DNA from: Actinomycetes bacterium
GTDB lineage: Bacteria; Actinomycetota; Acidimicrobiia; Acidimicrobiales; RAAP-2
Direction of reading: 5' to 3'
Length of the DNA: 64,000 bases
NCBI GenBank assembly: GCA_021818265.1
Contig: JAKAEP010000004.1
Coordinates: 4,108-68,107, forward strand
Shown: positions 8,501 through 17,223 of the stretch, one piece after another
Position numbering within the stretch: the first letter of the stretch is position 1
Layout: each line of letters begins with the position of its first letter
The notes under the pieces: model-generated
What the model was told of the DNA's origin: nothing
Databases searched by the model: none
Seen by the model: the letters and a program-made list of their open reading frames with translations, nothing else
Program-made: the position numbers and the translations under genes

Positions 8501-9088
8501 ACCTACGTCTCGGACCACCCGCTCTACGGGGTCCAGGCGGCGCTCGCCCAGCGCACCGACGGCTCGCTGGGCGAGATCCGCGAGCGGGCCGAGGAGATCG
8601 CTCGCACCGGCCGGCCCGTCACCGTCGGGGGGCTCCTGAGCGAGGTCCAGCTCCGCCAGACCAAGGCGGGGCGCACCTACGCGCGGGTGGTGGTCGAGGA
8701 CCTCGGGGGCTCGCTCGAGGTGAACTTCTCGGCGGCGAGCTTCGAGCGCTTCAGCGGCTTCCTCGTGAAGGACAACGTCGTGCTGATGCGGGTGCGGCCC
8801 AACGAGGGCGACGAGGACCTGCGCTTCAGCGCCATCGACGTGGAGTCCTTCGCCCGGCCGTCGGGGACCGACGAGCTGCGCCTCTCGCTGCGGCCCGAGG
8901 ACCTCACGGCCCGCTCCATCGCGACGCTGCGCGAGATCCTGGCGCGCTACCCGGGCCCGAGCCCGGTCGTGGTCGACACCGGCGCCGCCGGCAAGGTCTT
9001 CCGGCTCGGTCCCGACTACACCGTCGACATCGCCGGGGTGGTGGCCGAGCTGCGCAGCGAGTTCGGACGGCGGGTCATCTCGGCCTAG
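5528..9088 (+). CDS. dnaE: DNA polymerase III alpha subunit
   Basis: 1186 aa. PHP domain HLHNHTEYSMLDGA, polymerase core DIDMDF, and OB/tau-binding regions. A GGAGAGGAGG Shine-Dalgarno lies upstream. Confidence 0.97.
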   Translation: MPDGFVHLHNHTEYSMLDGAARIEELVLAAKADGQRALAITDHGNLYGVIDFYQTCRKHGVTPVLGLEAYMSATSRFDRPARRGRIDDTGGETEGGQKLYHHLTLLAMTNEGYRNLRELSSLAFLEGYYYKPRVDWELLERHAGGLVATSGCLGGVVLQALLQDEYGRARELGGRLQEIFGRESFFIELQDHGQPEQRRTNPRLVELARDLGAPLLATNDLHYVRPGDAEMHDALLCIGTGARVSDPDRFRFHSDQHYLKTAAEMRELFADLPEACDNTLLVAERAEVTIDFDNDALPEFPLPMGYLDLSHKDGAARYLRDLAYQGARERYGHDLSDAVRERLDYELSVIGDMGFADYFLVVWDLIRHARESRIRVGPGRGSAAGCCVAYCLRIVDIDPIANGLIFERFLNPGRKQMPDIDMDFDERFRGDMIRYAGERYGTDHVAQIITFSTIKARAAVRDAARVLGYPPQLGDKIAKAMPPLVMGQDLPLEACFTPTPGYEGRFAEAAELRSLYGSDPEVRHVVDVAKGFVDKRRQDGIHAAAVVITKDPVLAYVPVQRKSGPNAAGDDAPIVTQYEATAIEKLGLLKMDFLGLRNLAIIERTLDHIERRHGERVDIDRVPLDDPAVFEMLRQGNSIGIFQLEGDKMRQLMRRLAPTSFDDIAALNALYRPGPLSENVHNDYADRKNGRQRVTYDHPDLEAILSETYGLMIYQEDIMRVATTVAGFSMTEADDLRKACSKKIKEMIQAQRAKFEEGAERQGYGQALGKAIFDKIEPFADYAFNKSHAYGYALVGYQNAWLKAHYPVEYMAALLTSFREDKDKSALYLNEARQMGITVGVPDVNASFADYTPSPSEERTILFGMAAVRNVGEGLVERIVHEREAHGPFASVYDFVRRVDPVVLNRRTLESLVKAGAFDSFGVSRRGLLLAVDEIVELTLARRKDLSLGISTLFAALGGEGGDDWEGTEVPIPAEEFDTPVKLDFEREMLGTYVSDHPLYGVQAALAQRTDGSLGEIRERAEEIARTGRPVTVGGLLSEVQLRQTKAGRTYARVVVEDLGGSLEVNFSAASFERFSGFLVKDNVVLMRVRPNEGDEDLRFSAIDVESFARPSGTDELRLSLRPEDLTARSIATLREILARYPGPSPVVVDTGAAGKVFRLGPDYTVDIAGVVAELRSEFGRRVISA

Positions 9089-9910
9089 TCAGGGCCGCGC
9101 CCCGGCCGCCAGGGCCTCGCGCCACGTGTAGAAGAGGGCCGGCCGGGCGCCGGCGACCTGGACGATGAGCTCGCTGAACGAGCCGTAGCCGCCGCCGGCG
9201 CCGCGCGCGACGTAGCCCGCGCCCATCACGTAGGCGCAACCGCCCGAGGGGCAGGGCTCACGCGCCGCGTCTACCAGGATGTTGTCGCGATGGCCCCAGC
9301 AGCCCGGGGCGCCCGCCGAGGTGCAGTCCGCGTTGCGGGTAGCCGCCCCGGCCCAGCCGTCGAGGTACATCCAGCTGTAGTTGGCGTCGAGCGCGTTGTC
9401 CGCGCCGGCCCAGTTCGAGGCGTAGGCACCGGTGGCCCCGGCGACCGGGGCGCTCATCAGGGGGTCGGCGTCGTGGACCGCCCCGACCTGGGCCTGGGCG
9501 TCGAGCGCGCGGCTCAGCCCGAGGATCGGCGCCTCGCCGCGGCTCACCCGCTCGACGTCGCAGAGCACGAAGAGCTGCTCGGCGACGCTGAGCCGGGCCC
9601 AGTCCCGCGGCAGGCGCACCGGTGCCAGGTGCTCGAGGGCGTGGGCGTGGTCGGTCGCGGCGACCTCGGCGGCCACGCAGCCGCTCGCGGTGGCGGCCAG
9701 GGCGAAGCCCGTCCCCCGCCAGCTCCAGCACGGCGGCAGGGGCTGGCCCACCGTGTAGGAGACGCCGGGGGCGAGGGAGTACGCCGGGTCGGCGGGCACG
9801 TCGCGGGCCGGGTTGCGCGGGGGCACGAGGCCCGCGCCGCCGGCGGCGGCCGCACCGAGGGCCCCCGCGAGGACCGCGGCGAGGGCCGTCGTCACGAGCC
9901 GCACGCGCAC
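9089..9910 (-). CDS. Secreted cysteine-rich protein, CAP/SCP (YkwD/PR-1-like) domain suspected
   Basis: Signal peptide MRVRLVTTALAAVLAGALGAAAAG. NWAGADNALDANYSWMYLDGW...CWGHRDNILVD...YVMGAGYV resembles the C-terminal W..S.gHr.NiL block of CAP domains. Eight Cys are present. Confidence 0.5.
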   Translation of the reverse strand: MRVRLVTTALAAVLAGALGAAAAGGAGLVPPRNPARDVPADPAYSLAPGVSYTVGQPLPPCWSWRGTGFALAATASGCVAAEVAATDHAHALEHLAPVRLPRDWARLSVAEQLFVLCDVERVSRGEAPILGLSRALDAQAQVGAVHDADPLMSAPVAGATGAYASNWAGADNALDANYSWMYLDGWAGAATRNADCTSAGAPGCWGHRDNILVDAAREPCPSGGCAYVMGAGYVARGAGGGYGSFSELIVQVAGARPALFYTWREALAAGARP

Positions 9911-10037
9911 GTCCCACCCCCTCTAGCGCTCGGTCGAAGCGTACCGGGCGAGGGCGCCGCACGCGGGTCCGGCCCGACGAATCCCCAACGCGCGCCCGGC
10001 TGAGCGTCCGCCCGGGACCCGGGTCACGGGCCTCCCG

Positions 10038-10043
10038 TAGAAT
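10038..10043 (+). promoter_or_regulatory. -10 hexamer TAGAAT, 7 nt upstream of ATG 10051
   Basis: TAGAAT-ggagcac-ATG. The longer starts at 10042 and 10045 would overlap the hexamer itself. Confidence 0.45.
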
Positions 10044-10050
10044 GGAGCAC

Positions 10051-10722
10051 ATGGCGATGACGGTGACGACCAAGGACACCACGGCCCTGAGCGACGCCGA
10101 GTTGGCCGAGATGGCCGACCTCTGCGTCGATCGGGAGCCCAACTTCGACATCGGGTTCCTCTCCAAGCAGCGCGAGGAGTGGGTGCTCGTGACCTACGCC
10201 AAGGAGGGGGCGCGGCTGCGGGGGTACTCCTTCTGCTCCCTCGAGCGCATCGGCGGCACGCCGTCGCTCCTGGTGGGGCTGCTGCTCGTGGACCGCAACG
10301 CCAAGTCCGACCAGACCCTGCGCGCGATCTTGCACGACCAGTTCCGACGGGCCCTGCTGGCCTTCCCCGACGAGGACGTCCTGCTCGGGACCCGGCTCAC
10401 CTCGCCCGACGGGTACCGCGCGTTCTTGGGCCTCGAGGACGTGGTGCCGCGCGTCGGCTACCGGCCGACCGGCGAGGACCGGGCCTGGGGGCGTCGCCTG
10501 GCCAAGCGCTTCGGGGCGGAGAAGGCCATCGACGACAAGACCTTCGTCATGACGACGGCGCCCGGCCCCGTCGGCGGGCTCGACTACGTGGCGGCCAAGG
10601 GGGCGGTGCCCGACGGCGTCGATGGCCTCTTCTCGGAGGTCGACCCCGCCTCGGGCCAGCGGCTCGTGGTCTTCGGCTGGGCCATGGCCGAGGCGCTCGC
10701 CTCGGGCAAGCTGCCCCGCTAG
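10051..10722 (+). CDS. Hypothetical protein (no family recognised)
   Basis: The codon third position is strongly G/C in this frame. The upstream part of track ORF 9622..10722 is Arg/Pro-rich junk. The start is chosen from the leaderless promoter geometry, with 10042 and 10057 as alternatives. Confidence 0.6.
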   Translation: MAMTVTTKDTTALSDAELAEMADLCVDREPNFDIGFLSKQREEWVLVTYAKEGARLRGYSFCSLERIGGTPSLLVGLLLVDRNAKSDQTLRAILHDQFRRALLAFPDEDVLLGTRLTSPDGYRAFLGLEDVVPRVGYRPTGEDRAWGRRLAKRFGAEKAIDDKTFVMTTAPGPVGGLDYVAAKGAVPDGVDGLFSEVDPASGQRLVVFGWAMAEALASGKLPR

Positions 10723-10723
10723 C

Positions 10724-11443
10724 TCACCCTCGGGGCAGTAGCCCCGTACAGCTCTTGTAGCAGTGGCCCTCGACCGGGGCCGACAGCGTCGTGAGCACGT
10801 AGGTCGGGCGAAAGCCGAGGGCCGTCGCGAGCTCCTTGCCCGAGAGGGTGGTCCGCCGGGTGGACTCGATGGTGCGGATCGCGTGGGCGTCCTCGCACAG
10901 CAGCCAGATGTCGTCGCCGAACCACCCGAAGCGCACCCAGGTCGAACCGTCGTCGGGGCGGCGCAGCAACTGGGGCCCGCGGTCGGGGGCGACCAGGGCG
11001 ACGCTCGGCCGCTCGCCGCGGAACTCCCAGTAGGGGGCGCTCGGTCCCCGGAAGCCGAAGAGCGGGCCGTCGGCGGGGGTGACCAGCCGCTCGAGCCACA
11101 CGCGCACCCGGCGGCCCCGGTACGTGCCCAGGCGTCGGGGGAGCTCGGCCAGCGTGACGCTCTCGGGCTGGGCGAGGTCGTCGCGCTCGAGGTCCTCGGC
11201 GAGGACCGCCTCGACCACGTCGAACAGGGCCAGGTCGGTCTCCTCGCCCGGTGGCCACGGGACGCGCCAGCGCACCAGGGCTCGGCTCGAGAGGTCGATG
11301 ACCGTGGTGGACTCGTTGGTCGAGCCGAGGACCAGGCCGTAGACGGTCGAGCCCCCCACCAGGGTCACCGCGTCGCGCTGGGGCATGTGGGTGATCAGGT
11401 GGCGCGTCGCGCGCACCGCGGGGTCCCGAGTGATCAGCGCCAC
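10724..11443 (-). CDS. Hypothetical protein, last gene of the GNAT/DUF255 operon
   Basis: GTG 11443 overlaps the stop of the upstream gene by 10 nt (GTGGCGCTGA). The first 20 aa of track ORF 10724..11503 are Arg/Pro-rich and lie inside the upstream gene. Confidence 0.6.
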   Translation of the reverse strand: MALITRDPAVRATRHLITHMPQRDAVTLVGGSTVYGLVLGSTNESTTVIDLSSRALVRWRVPWPPGEETDLALFDVVEAVLAEDLERDDLAQPESVTLAELPRRLGTYRGRRVRVWLERLVTPADGPLFGFRGPSAPYWEFRGERPSVALVAPDRGPQLLRRPDDGSTWVRFGWFGDDIWLLCEDAHAIRTIESTRRTTLSGKELATALGFRPTYVLTTLSAPVEGHCYKSCTGLLPRG

Positions 11444-13437
11444 GCCAGCGCCTCGGCCAGGGCCGCGTCGAGGGCCACGGGGTCGTCGACGGGGGCGGTG
11501 CACACCCCGGCCCGACAGACGTAGGCCCGTCCGGCACTGCGCCCGGCGAGCAGCGGCGACCGGCCCTCACCGGTGATGACGACGGTGCGCGGCACGACCA
11601 CCGATCGTAGGTGACGGGCGAGGGGGCCCTCGGCGCCGGGCACGGCGACCTCGACGCCCTGGAGGGCGAAGCCGGCCGCCTCGACGAGGTCGGGCACGGC
11701 CAGGGGGTGCTCGAGGAGCGTGGACGCCAGCGCCACCAGGCGCTGGGCGACGCAGAGTCGGTCGAGGTCGGCGTCGACGAGGGCCAGGCGGGCCAGGGCG
11801 CGGGTCGCGAGCGCGTGGGCCGAGGGGGTGGCGCCGTCGAGGACGTCCTTGGGCCGGGTCACCAGGTCGAGGGTCTCGCGGTCCGGGGTGGCGACGCCCG
11901 CGCCCACGTCGGGCGCGGGCGCACTCGGGCGCGGCCCCTCCCAGTGGCGCTCGATAAGCGCGTCGGCGAGCGCGCCCCCCCGGTCGCGCCACCGGTCGTC
12001 CCCGGTCGCGACGAAGGCGTCAACGTGTGCGTCGCAGAGCGCGGCGAGGTCACCGGCCGTCGCCGCGACTCGCCGGTGTTGGGTGCGCCACCACCGGGAC
12101 CCGGACCGGTGGGTGCTCCAGAGGCCCTCGAGGAGATCGAGCGCGCGCGACAAGTAGGGCTCGGATCCGGCCGCGAGGAGGGCCTGGGCGAGGTAGGCGT
12201 TCCACTCGAGCACGACCTTGTCGTCGCGCGCGGGCTGGGCTCGGCGTGCGCGGGCCCCGGCGAGGCGCCGGGCCGCCCCCTCGAGGTCGGGCGGGGTCGC
12301 GAAGGGCTCCCCGTCGGCCAGGCGGGGCACGCTGCGCCCCTCGAGGTCGCCGAGTTCGGTGATCGTCCAGCGCGCGAGCGCCGCGTCGACGACGGGGTCG
12401 GGCTCGCCCGCGAGGGCCTCGCGCACCTCCTCGGGGGTCCAGGTCACGTGGGCCCCCTCCGTACCGCCGGCGTCGGCGTCGAGCGCGGCGGCGTAACCCG
12501 AGGGCGTGCGCAGGGCCCGCTCGACGAAGTCGAGGGTCGCGAGCCCCACCTCGCGCCACTGCGGGCGTGCGGCGACGCGGGCGGCCTCGAGGTAGCAGCG
12601 CGCGAGGAGCGCCTGGTCGCTCAGCATCTTCTCGAAGTGGGGCACGCGCCAGTGGGCGTCGACGCTGTAGCGCGCGAAGCCCCCGTCGAGGTGGTCGTAG
12701 AGGCCCCCTCGAGCCATCGCCTCCAGGGCGTTCGCGAGGGCGGCGCGCGACTGCGCGTCGTCGAACTCGAAGAGGGCGCGCAGGTAGCTCGGCCGGGGGA
12801 AGCGCGGCGCCGGGCCGAAGCCGCCGTCCGCGTCGGCGCGCTCGACCAGTGCGTCGCGCAGGCCCCTGCGCACCCGGGCGAGGTCGACCGGGCCCACGGC
12901 GGGACTCAGGTGGTCGGTCAGGCGCACCTCGCGCTCGAGCGCGTCGGCGAGCTCGCCGGCCTGGGCCTCGACGAGGTGGCGCTGGGAGCCCCACGCGTCG
13001 TCCACGGCCGCGAGCAGGCGGGCGAAGCCGACCAGGCCCCCGCGGTCGCGGGGCGGGTAGTAGGTACCGGCGAGGAAGGGCCGCCCGTCGGGCAGGGTGA
13101 AGACCGACATGGGCCAGCCCCCGTGGCCGCTCGAGAGCTGGACCGCGGCCATGTAGAGGGCGTCGACGTCGGGCCTCTCCTCCCGGTCGACCTTGATCGG
13201 GACGAAGCGCTCGTTGAGCACGCGCGCCACCTCGGGGTCCTCGAAGGACTCGTGGGCCATCACGTGGCACCAGTGGCAGGCCGCGTAGCCCACCGAGAGG
13301 AAGACGGGCCGGTCGAGGCGACGCGCCTCGGCCAGGGCGTCCTCGCCCCAGGCCCACCACGCGACCGGGTTGTCGAGGTGCTGGCGCAGGTAGAGCGACC
13401 CCAGCGCGGCCGGGTCGTCGCGCAGCCGCGGGCTCAC
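11434..13437 (-). CDS. Thioredoxin-domain protein of the DUF255/YyaL type (thioredoxin fold + alpha/alpha-toroid)
   Basis: WWAWGEDALAEARRLDRPVFLSVGYAACHWCHVMAHESFEDPEVARVLNERFVPIKVDREERPDVD is the family signature with CxxC. GTG 13437 overlaps the GNAT stop (GTGA). Confidence 0.8.
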   Translation of the reverse strand: MSPRLRDDPAALGSLYLRQHLDNPVAWWAWGEDALAEARRLDRPVFLSVGYAACHWCHVMAHESFEDPEVARVLNERFVPIKVDREERPDVDALYMAAVQLSSGHGGWPMSVFTLPDGRPFLAGTYYPPRDRGGLVGFARLLAAVDDAWGSQRHLVEAQAGELADALEREVRLTDHLSPAVGPVDLARVRRGLRDALVERADADGGFGPAPRFPRPSYLRALFEFDDAQSRAALANALEAMARGGLYDHLDGGFARYSVDAHWRVPHFEKMLSDQALLARCYLEAARVAARPQWREVGLATLDFVERALRTPSGYAAALDADAGGTEGAHVTWTPEEVREALAGEPDPVVDAALARWTITELGDLEGRSVPRLADGEPFATPPDLEGAARRLAGARARRAQPARDDKVVLEWNAYLAQALLAAGSEPYLSRALDLLEGLWSTHRSGSRWWRTQHRRVAATAGDLAALCDAHVDAFVATGDDRWRDRGGALADALIERHWEGPRPSAPAPDVGAGVATPDRETLDLVTRPKDVLDGATPSAHALATRALARLALVDADLDRLCVAQRLVALASTLLEHPLAVPDLVEAAGFALQGVEVAVPGAEGPLARHLRSVVVPRTVVITGEGRSPLLAGRSAGRAYVCRAGVCTAPVDDPVALDAALAEALAWR

Positions 13438-13982
13438 CGGGCGGCCCGCCAGGGCTCGGCGCGCTGGGCGAGGACGACCTCGCTCGTCCACTCGCCCTTG
13501 ACGAACTCGTTCTCGACGAAGTGGGCCTCGCGGCGCAGGCCGGCGCGCTCGAGGGAGCGGATCGACGGCCCGTTGCGCGCGTCGCAGCGCCCGACCACCC
13601 GGTGCAGGCCGAGCTCGTCGAAGGCGACCCCGAGCAGGACGCCGTACACCTCGCTGGCGTAGCCCCGGCCCTGGTGCGCGGGCCGCAGGCTGCCGCCCAT
13701 CTCGCCCTGGCGGTGCGTCGGGTCCCACCACAGGACGAAGTCGCCGACCATCTCGTCGCCCTCGCGCAGGGCGACGCACACGTCCATCCGCGGCTCGTCG
13801 GGGTCCCGCGCGAGCCGGTCGTCGAGGAGGGCGCGGGCCTCGTCGGCCGTGCGGGGCTCGCTGTAGAGGTACCGGTTCACCGACGGGTCGGCCACGAGCT
13901 CGGCGAGACGGTCGAAGTCGCGCTCGGCGAAGGGGCGCAGGCGCAGCCGCGCGGTCTCGCGCGCGGGGTCGAGGCGGGCCAC
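13434..13982 (-). CDS. GNAT-family N-acetyltransferase (RimJ/RimL-like)
   Basis: LRLRPFAERDFDRLAELVADPSVNRYL and the acetyl-CoA loop HQGRGYASE. Confidence 0.8.
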   Translation of the reverse strand: MARLDPARETARLRLRPFAERDFDRLAELVADPSVNRYLYSEPRTADEARALLDDRLARDPDEPRMDVCVALREGDEMVGDFVLWWDPTHRQGEMGGSLRPAHQGRGYASEVYGVLLGVAFDELGLHRVVGRCDARNGPSIRSLERAGLRREAHFVENEFVKGEWTSEVVLAQRAEPWRAAR

Positions 13983-14041
13983 CGCACCGTTCTAGCGCCG
14001 GGGCGTCGGCGCAATAGCGTGGGTCCCGACCAGGAGGCCGG

Positions 14042-15016
14042 ATGACCACAGCCGTTCGCTGGGGCGTCGTGGGGACCGGGCGCATCGCCCAGACCTTCGC
14101 GAGCGACCTCGCCCCCCTCGCCGAGGGCGAGGTCGTCGCGGTGGGCTCGCGCTCGGCCGAGGCGGCCGAGGCCTTCGCCCGCCGCTTCGGGGTGGCCCGT
14201 CACCACGCCAGCTACGAGGCGCTCTGCGAGGACCCGGGGGTCGACTGCGTGTACGTGGCCACGCCGCACCCCTTCCACCACGCCAACGCCCTGCTCGCCC
14301 TCTCGCGGGGTAAGCCCGTCCTCGTCGAGAAGGCCTTCACGATGACCGCCGGCGAGGCTCGCGACGTGGTCGAGGCGGCTCGCCGTGCCGGGCTGTTCGC
14401 GATGGAGGCGATGTGGACGAGGTTCCTGCCCCACGTGGTGGCGTTGCGCGAGCGCGTCGCGGCGGGGGCGCTCGGCGAGGTCGTCCTCGTCATCGCCGAG
14501 CACGGCAAGTGGTTCGCCCGGGACCCGGCCTCACGCCTCTTCGCGCCCGAGCTCGGCGGGGGAGCGCTGCTCGACCTCGGGGTCTACCCCGTCTCGTTCG
14601 CCTCGATGCTCCTCGGGGCGCCCTCGAGCGTGCGCTCGATGGTGACCCCGGCCTTCACCGGGGTCGACGCCACCACCTCGATCCTGCTCGGCCACCCGTC
14701 GGGGGCGCAGGCCGTGCTCGCCTGCACCTCGTCGGCGCGTAGCGCGACGCGCGCGAGCGTGGTCGGCACCGAGGCCCGCCTCGAGGTCGAGGGGGACTTC
14801 TACGCTCCGAGCGCCTTCTCGATCCTGGCGCGCGACGGAACGCTGCTCGAGCGGGTCGAGGGCCCCGTGGCCGGCCGGGGCCTGCAGTTCCAGGCGATCG
14901 AGGTGGCCCGCTGCCTCGCGGCCGGTCTCACCGAGAGCCCCGTCATGCCCCTCGACGAGACGGTGTCGATCATGGCGACCATGGAGCGGGTCCTCACGGG
15001 CGCGGCGTCGGGCTGA
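14042..15016 (+). CDS. Gfo/Idh/MocA-family NAD(P)-dependent oxidoreductase
   Basis: N-terminal Rossmann RWGVVGTGRIAQTF, a conserved EKAF motif, and an AGGAGG Shine-Dalgarno upstream. Confidence 0.85.
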   Translation: MTTAVRWGVVGTGRIAQTFASDLAPLAEGEVVAVGSRSAEAAEAFARRFGVARHHASYEALCEDPGVDCVYVATPHPFHHANALLALSRGKPVLVEKAFTMTAGEARDVVEAARRAGLFAMEAMWTRFLPHVVALRERVAAGALGEVVLVIAEHGKWFARDPASRLFAPELGGGALLDLGVYPVSFASMLLGAPSSVRSMVTPAFTGVDATTSILLGHPSGAQAVLACTSSARSATRASVVGTEARLEVEGDFYAPSAFSILARDGTLLERVEGPVAGRGLQFQAIEVARCLAAGLTESPVMPLDETVSIMATMERVLTGAASG

Positions 15017-15025
15017 GCCCGTCCT

Positions 15026-15050
15026 GACGACCCGCACCGGGCCGGTCGTC
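15026..15050 (+). terminator. Candidate stem-loop terminator after the oxidoreductase gene
   Basis: The 7-bp stem gacgacc/ggtcgtc encloses an 11-nt loop, 10 nt after the stop. It is followed by tgctacggtt, a weak U tract. Confidence 0.3.
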
Positions 15051-15142
15051 TGCTACGGTTCCGACCGACCGCCTCCGGGCGTTCACGCGGTAGACACAAA
15101 ATCGGCACCAACGGCGGTGCCATCCAAATGGTTGGGGAGATT

Positions 15143-16375
15143 ATGAAATTCACAAAGGGTAGGGCCCTTGCGGCCGTCACTCTGGCGGGCACGTTCGTTG
15201 CCCTGGCTATCCCGAGCGTGGGGTCGGCCGGGGGGACCGTGTCCGCCTCGTCGTTCAACTCGAACTACACGACGATGGCGAACCTCAAGGCGATCGCCGC
15301 CGCGGGTTCGGGCGGCATCGGCGTCATCCTGCCGGACGAGGTCTCGTCGAACCGGTACGTCGACTTCGACGCGCCGAACCTGACGACGGCCCTGACCGAC
15401 GCGGGCCTGCCGGCGAGCGACCTCAACGTGCAGAACGCGCTGGGCGTCGACGCCAACGAGATCAGCATCGCCCAGGGCGACATCGCCGCGGGCGACAAGG
15501 TGCTCATCATGGACCCGCTGGACTCGACGACCGGTGTGACGATCGAGAAGGACGCGGCCAAGGCCGGGGTCCAGGTCATCGACTACGACCGCCTCACGGT
15601 GGGCGGGTCGGCCCCGTACTACGTCAGCTTCAACAACGTCGCGGTGGGTCAGCTCATCGGGCGCGGCGAGCTCGCGTGCATCAAGGCCTACAAGATCAAG
15701 AAGCCCCTCGTCTACGTCATGAACGGCAGCACCACGACCGACAACAACGCGGTGCTCTTCGCCCAGGGCTACGACGGCGTGCTGAACAAGGCCGGCTTCA
15801 AGGCGAGCGTGGGCGGCGCGGGCAACGCCAAGACGATCAACGAGACGGGAACGGGCACCTGGACGCCCTCCCAGGCGCTGACCGACTTCCAGGGCGCCTA
15901 CTCGCAGAACCCGAAGATCAACGCGGTCGTGACGCCCAACGACGAGAACGCCGCGCCGATCATCGCCTTCTTGCAGAAGAAGGGCCTCAAGCCGTACACG
16001 ATGCCCTTCACCGGCCAGGACGCGACGCTCACGGGCTTCCAGAACATCATCTCGGGCTACCAGTGCGGCACGGTGTACAAGCCGATCTGGAAGGAGGCCC
16101 AGGCGGCTGCGGCCATCGCGCTGTACCTGCGCGCGGGCAAGACCCCGCCGAGCTCGCTGGTGAACGGCTCGACCAAGGACCCGAGCACGGGCCGCGCGGT
16201 CCCGTCGGTCCTCCTGCAGGCCACGTGGGTCACGCCGAAGCTCGTCGAGTCCACGGTGATCCACGACGGGGTCATCAACCCGGTGGCCCTGTGCACCAAG
16301 GTCCGTCCGGCGGTCGCGGGTGACAAGAAGATCCCGACGTACGCCCAGGACTGCAAGAAGTACAAGATCCACTAG
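15143..16375 (+). CDS. Sugar ABC transporter substrate-binding protein (periplasmic-binding-protein type I)
   Basis: Signal peptide MKFTKGRALAAVTLAGTFVALAIPSVG and PBP1-like alternating beta/alpha pattern. It is followed by the ATPase and permease genes. The alternative start is 15128. Confidence 0.75.
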   Translation: MKFTKGRALAAVTLAGTFVALAIPSVGSAGGTVSASSFNSNYTTMANLKAIAAAGSGGIGVILPDEVSSNRYVDFDAPNLTTALTDAGLPASDLNVQNALGVDANEISIAQGDIAAGDKVLIMDPLDSTTGVTIEKDAAKAGVQVIDYDRLTVGGSAPYYVSFNNVAVGQLIGRGELACIKAYKIKKPLVYVMNGSTTTDNNAVLFAQGYDGVLNKAGFKASVGGAGNAKTINETGTGTWTPSQALTDFQGAYSQNPKINAVVTPNDENAAPIIAFLQKKGLKPYTMPFTGQDATLTGFQNIISGYQCGTVYKPIWKEAQAAAAIALYLRAGKTPPSSLVNGSTKDPSTGRAVPSVLLQATWVTPKLVESTVIHDGVINPVALCTKVRPAVAGDKKIPTYAQDCKKYKIH

Positions 16376-16393
16376 GTCCCGCTAGCTACGACC

Positions 16394-17203
16394 GTGTCCG
16401 AGCCCGTGACGAACGAGAGCGCCGCTCCGTCCGTCACGGGCTCGGCCGTGTCGGGTGACCCGGCGCCGCTGCTGAGCCTGCGCGCGATCACCAAGAGCTT
16501 CGGCGCCGTCCAGGCCCTGCGCCACGTGGACCTGGACATCCCCGCGGGCCAGGTGACCGCGCTCATCGGCGACAACGGCGCCGGCAAGTCGACGCTCATC
16601 AAGGTCATCGCCGGCATCCACGAGCCCACCTCGGGCGAGAAGTTCTGGCTCGGCCGCAAGGTCGACGCCCACACGCCGCGTGCGGCCGCCGAGCTCGGCA
16701 TCGCCACGGTGTACCAGGACCTCGCGCTGTGCGACAACCTCGACATCGTCGCCAACATGTACCTCGGCTACGAGGAGACCCGCCGCGCGATCCTCGACGA
16801 GGTGGCGATGGAGGTGCGCACCCGTCAGACGCTCGCCGACCTCTCGGTCTCGACCATCCAGTCGGTGCGACAACTCGTCGGCTCCCTCTCGGGCGGCCAG
16901 CGCCAGGCGATCGCCGTGGCGCGCGCGGTGATGCGCGACGCCAAGCTCGTGATCATGGACGAGCCGACCGCCGCCCTGGGCGTCACCCAGACCAAGAACG
17001 TCCTCGACCTCATCACGACGCTCGCCTCGCGCGGCATCGCGGTGCTGGTCATCTCACACAACCTCAACGACGTGTTCGCCGTCGCCGACCGGATCGCCGT
17101 GATGCACCTCGGCACCCTGGTGAGCAGCGGACCCGTCGCCAACTACGACACCGCTAGCGCCGTCGAGCTGATCACGACGGGCACGACCTCTCGCGCCGCC
17201 TAG
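16394..17203 (+). CDS. ABC transporter ATP-binding protein (single nucleotide-binding domain)
   Basis: Walker A GDNGAGKST, signature LSGGQRQ, Walker B LVIMDEPT. Confidence 0.9.
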   Translation: MSEPVTNESAAPSVTGSAVSGDPAPLLSLRAITKSFGAVQALRHVDLDIPAGQVTALIGDNGAGKSTLIKVIAGIHEPTSGEKFWLGRKVDAHTPRAAAELGIATVYQDLALCDNLDIVANMYLGYEETRRAILDEVAMEVRTRQTLADLSVSTIQSVRQLVGSLSGGQRQAIAVARAVMRDAKLVIMDEPTAALGVTQTKNVLDLITTLASRGIAVLVISHNLNDVFAVADRIAVMHLGTLVSSGPVANYDTASAVELITTGTTSRAA

Positions 17204-17223
17204 CCGCGGCGAAGGACCCCCCT

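Noticed and set aside
5477-8518. 1013-aa ORF antisense to dnaE, and the 1158-aa alternative-frame ORF at 5692..9168.
   Set aside because: The translations are dominated by Arg, Gly, Pro, Ala, Val and Asp and carry no motif. Long open frames on the opposite strand and in other phases are expected in very GC-rich DNA. The dnaE frame has unmistakable PHP and polymerase motifs.
16394-17203. Single-NBD ATPase in a CUT2-like monosaccharide transporter, considered as an anomaly.
   Set aside because: CUT2 ATPases are usually duplicated, but single-domain versions are known (for example the fructose FrcA type). This is not unusual enough to report as a finding.
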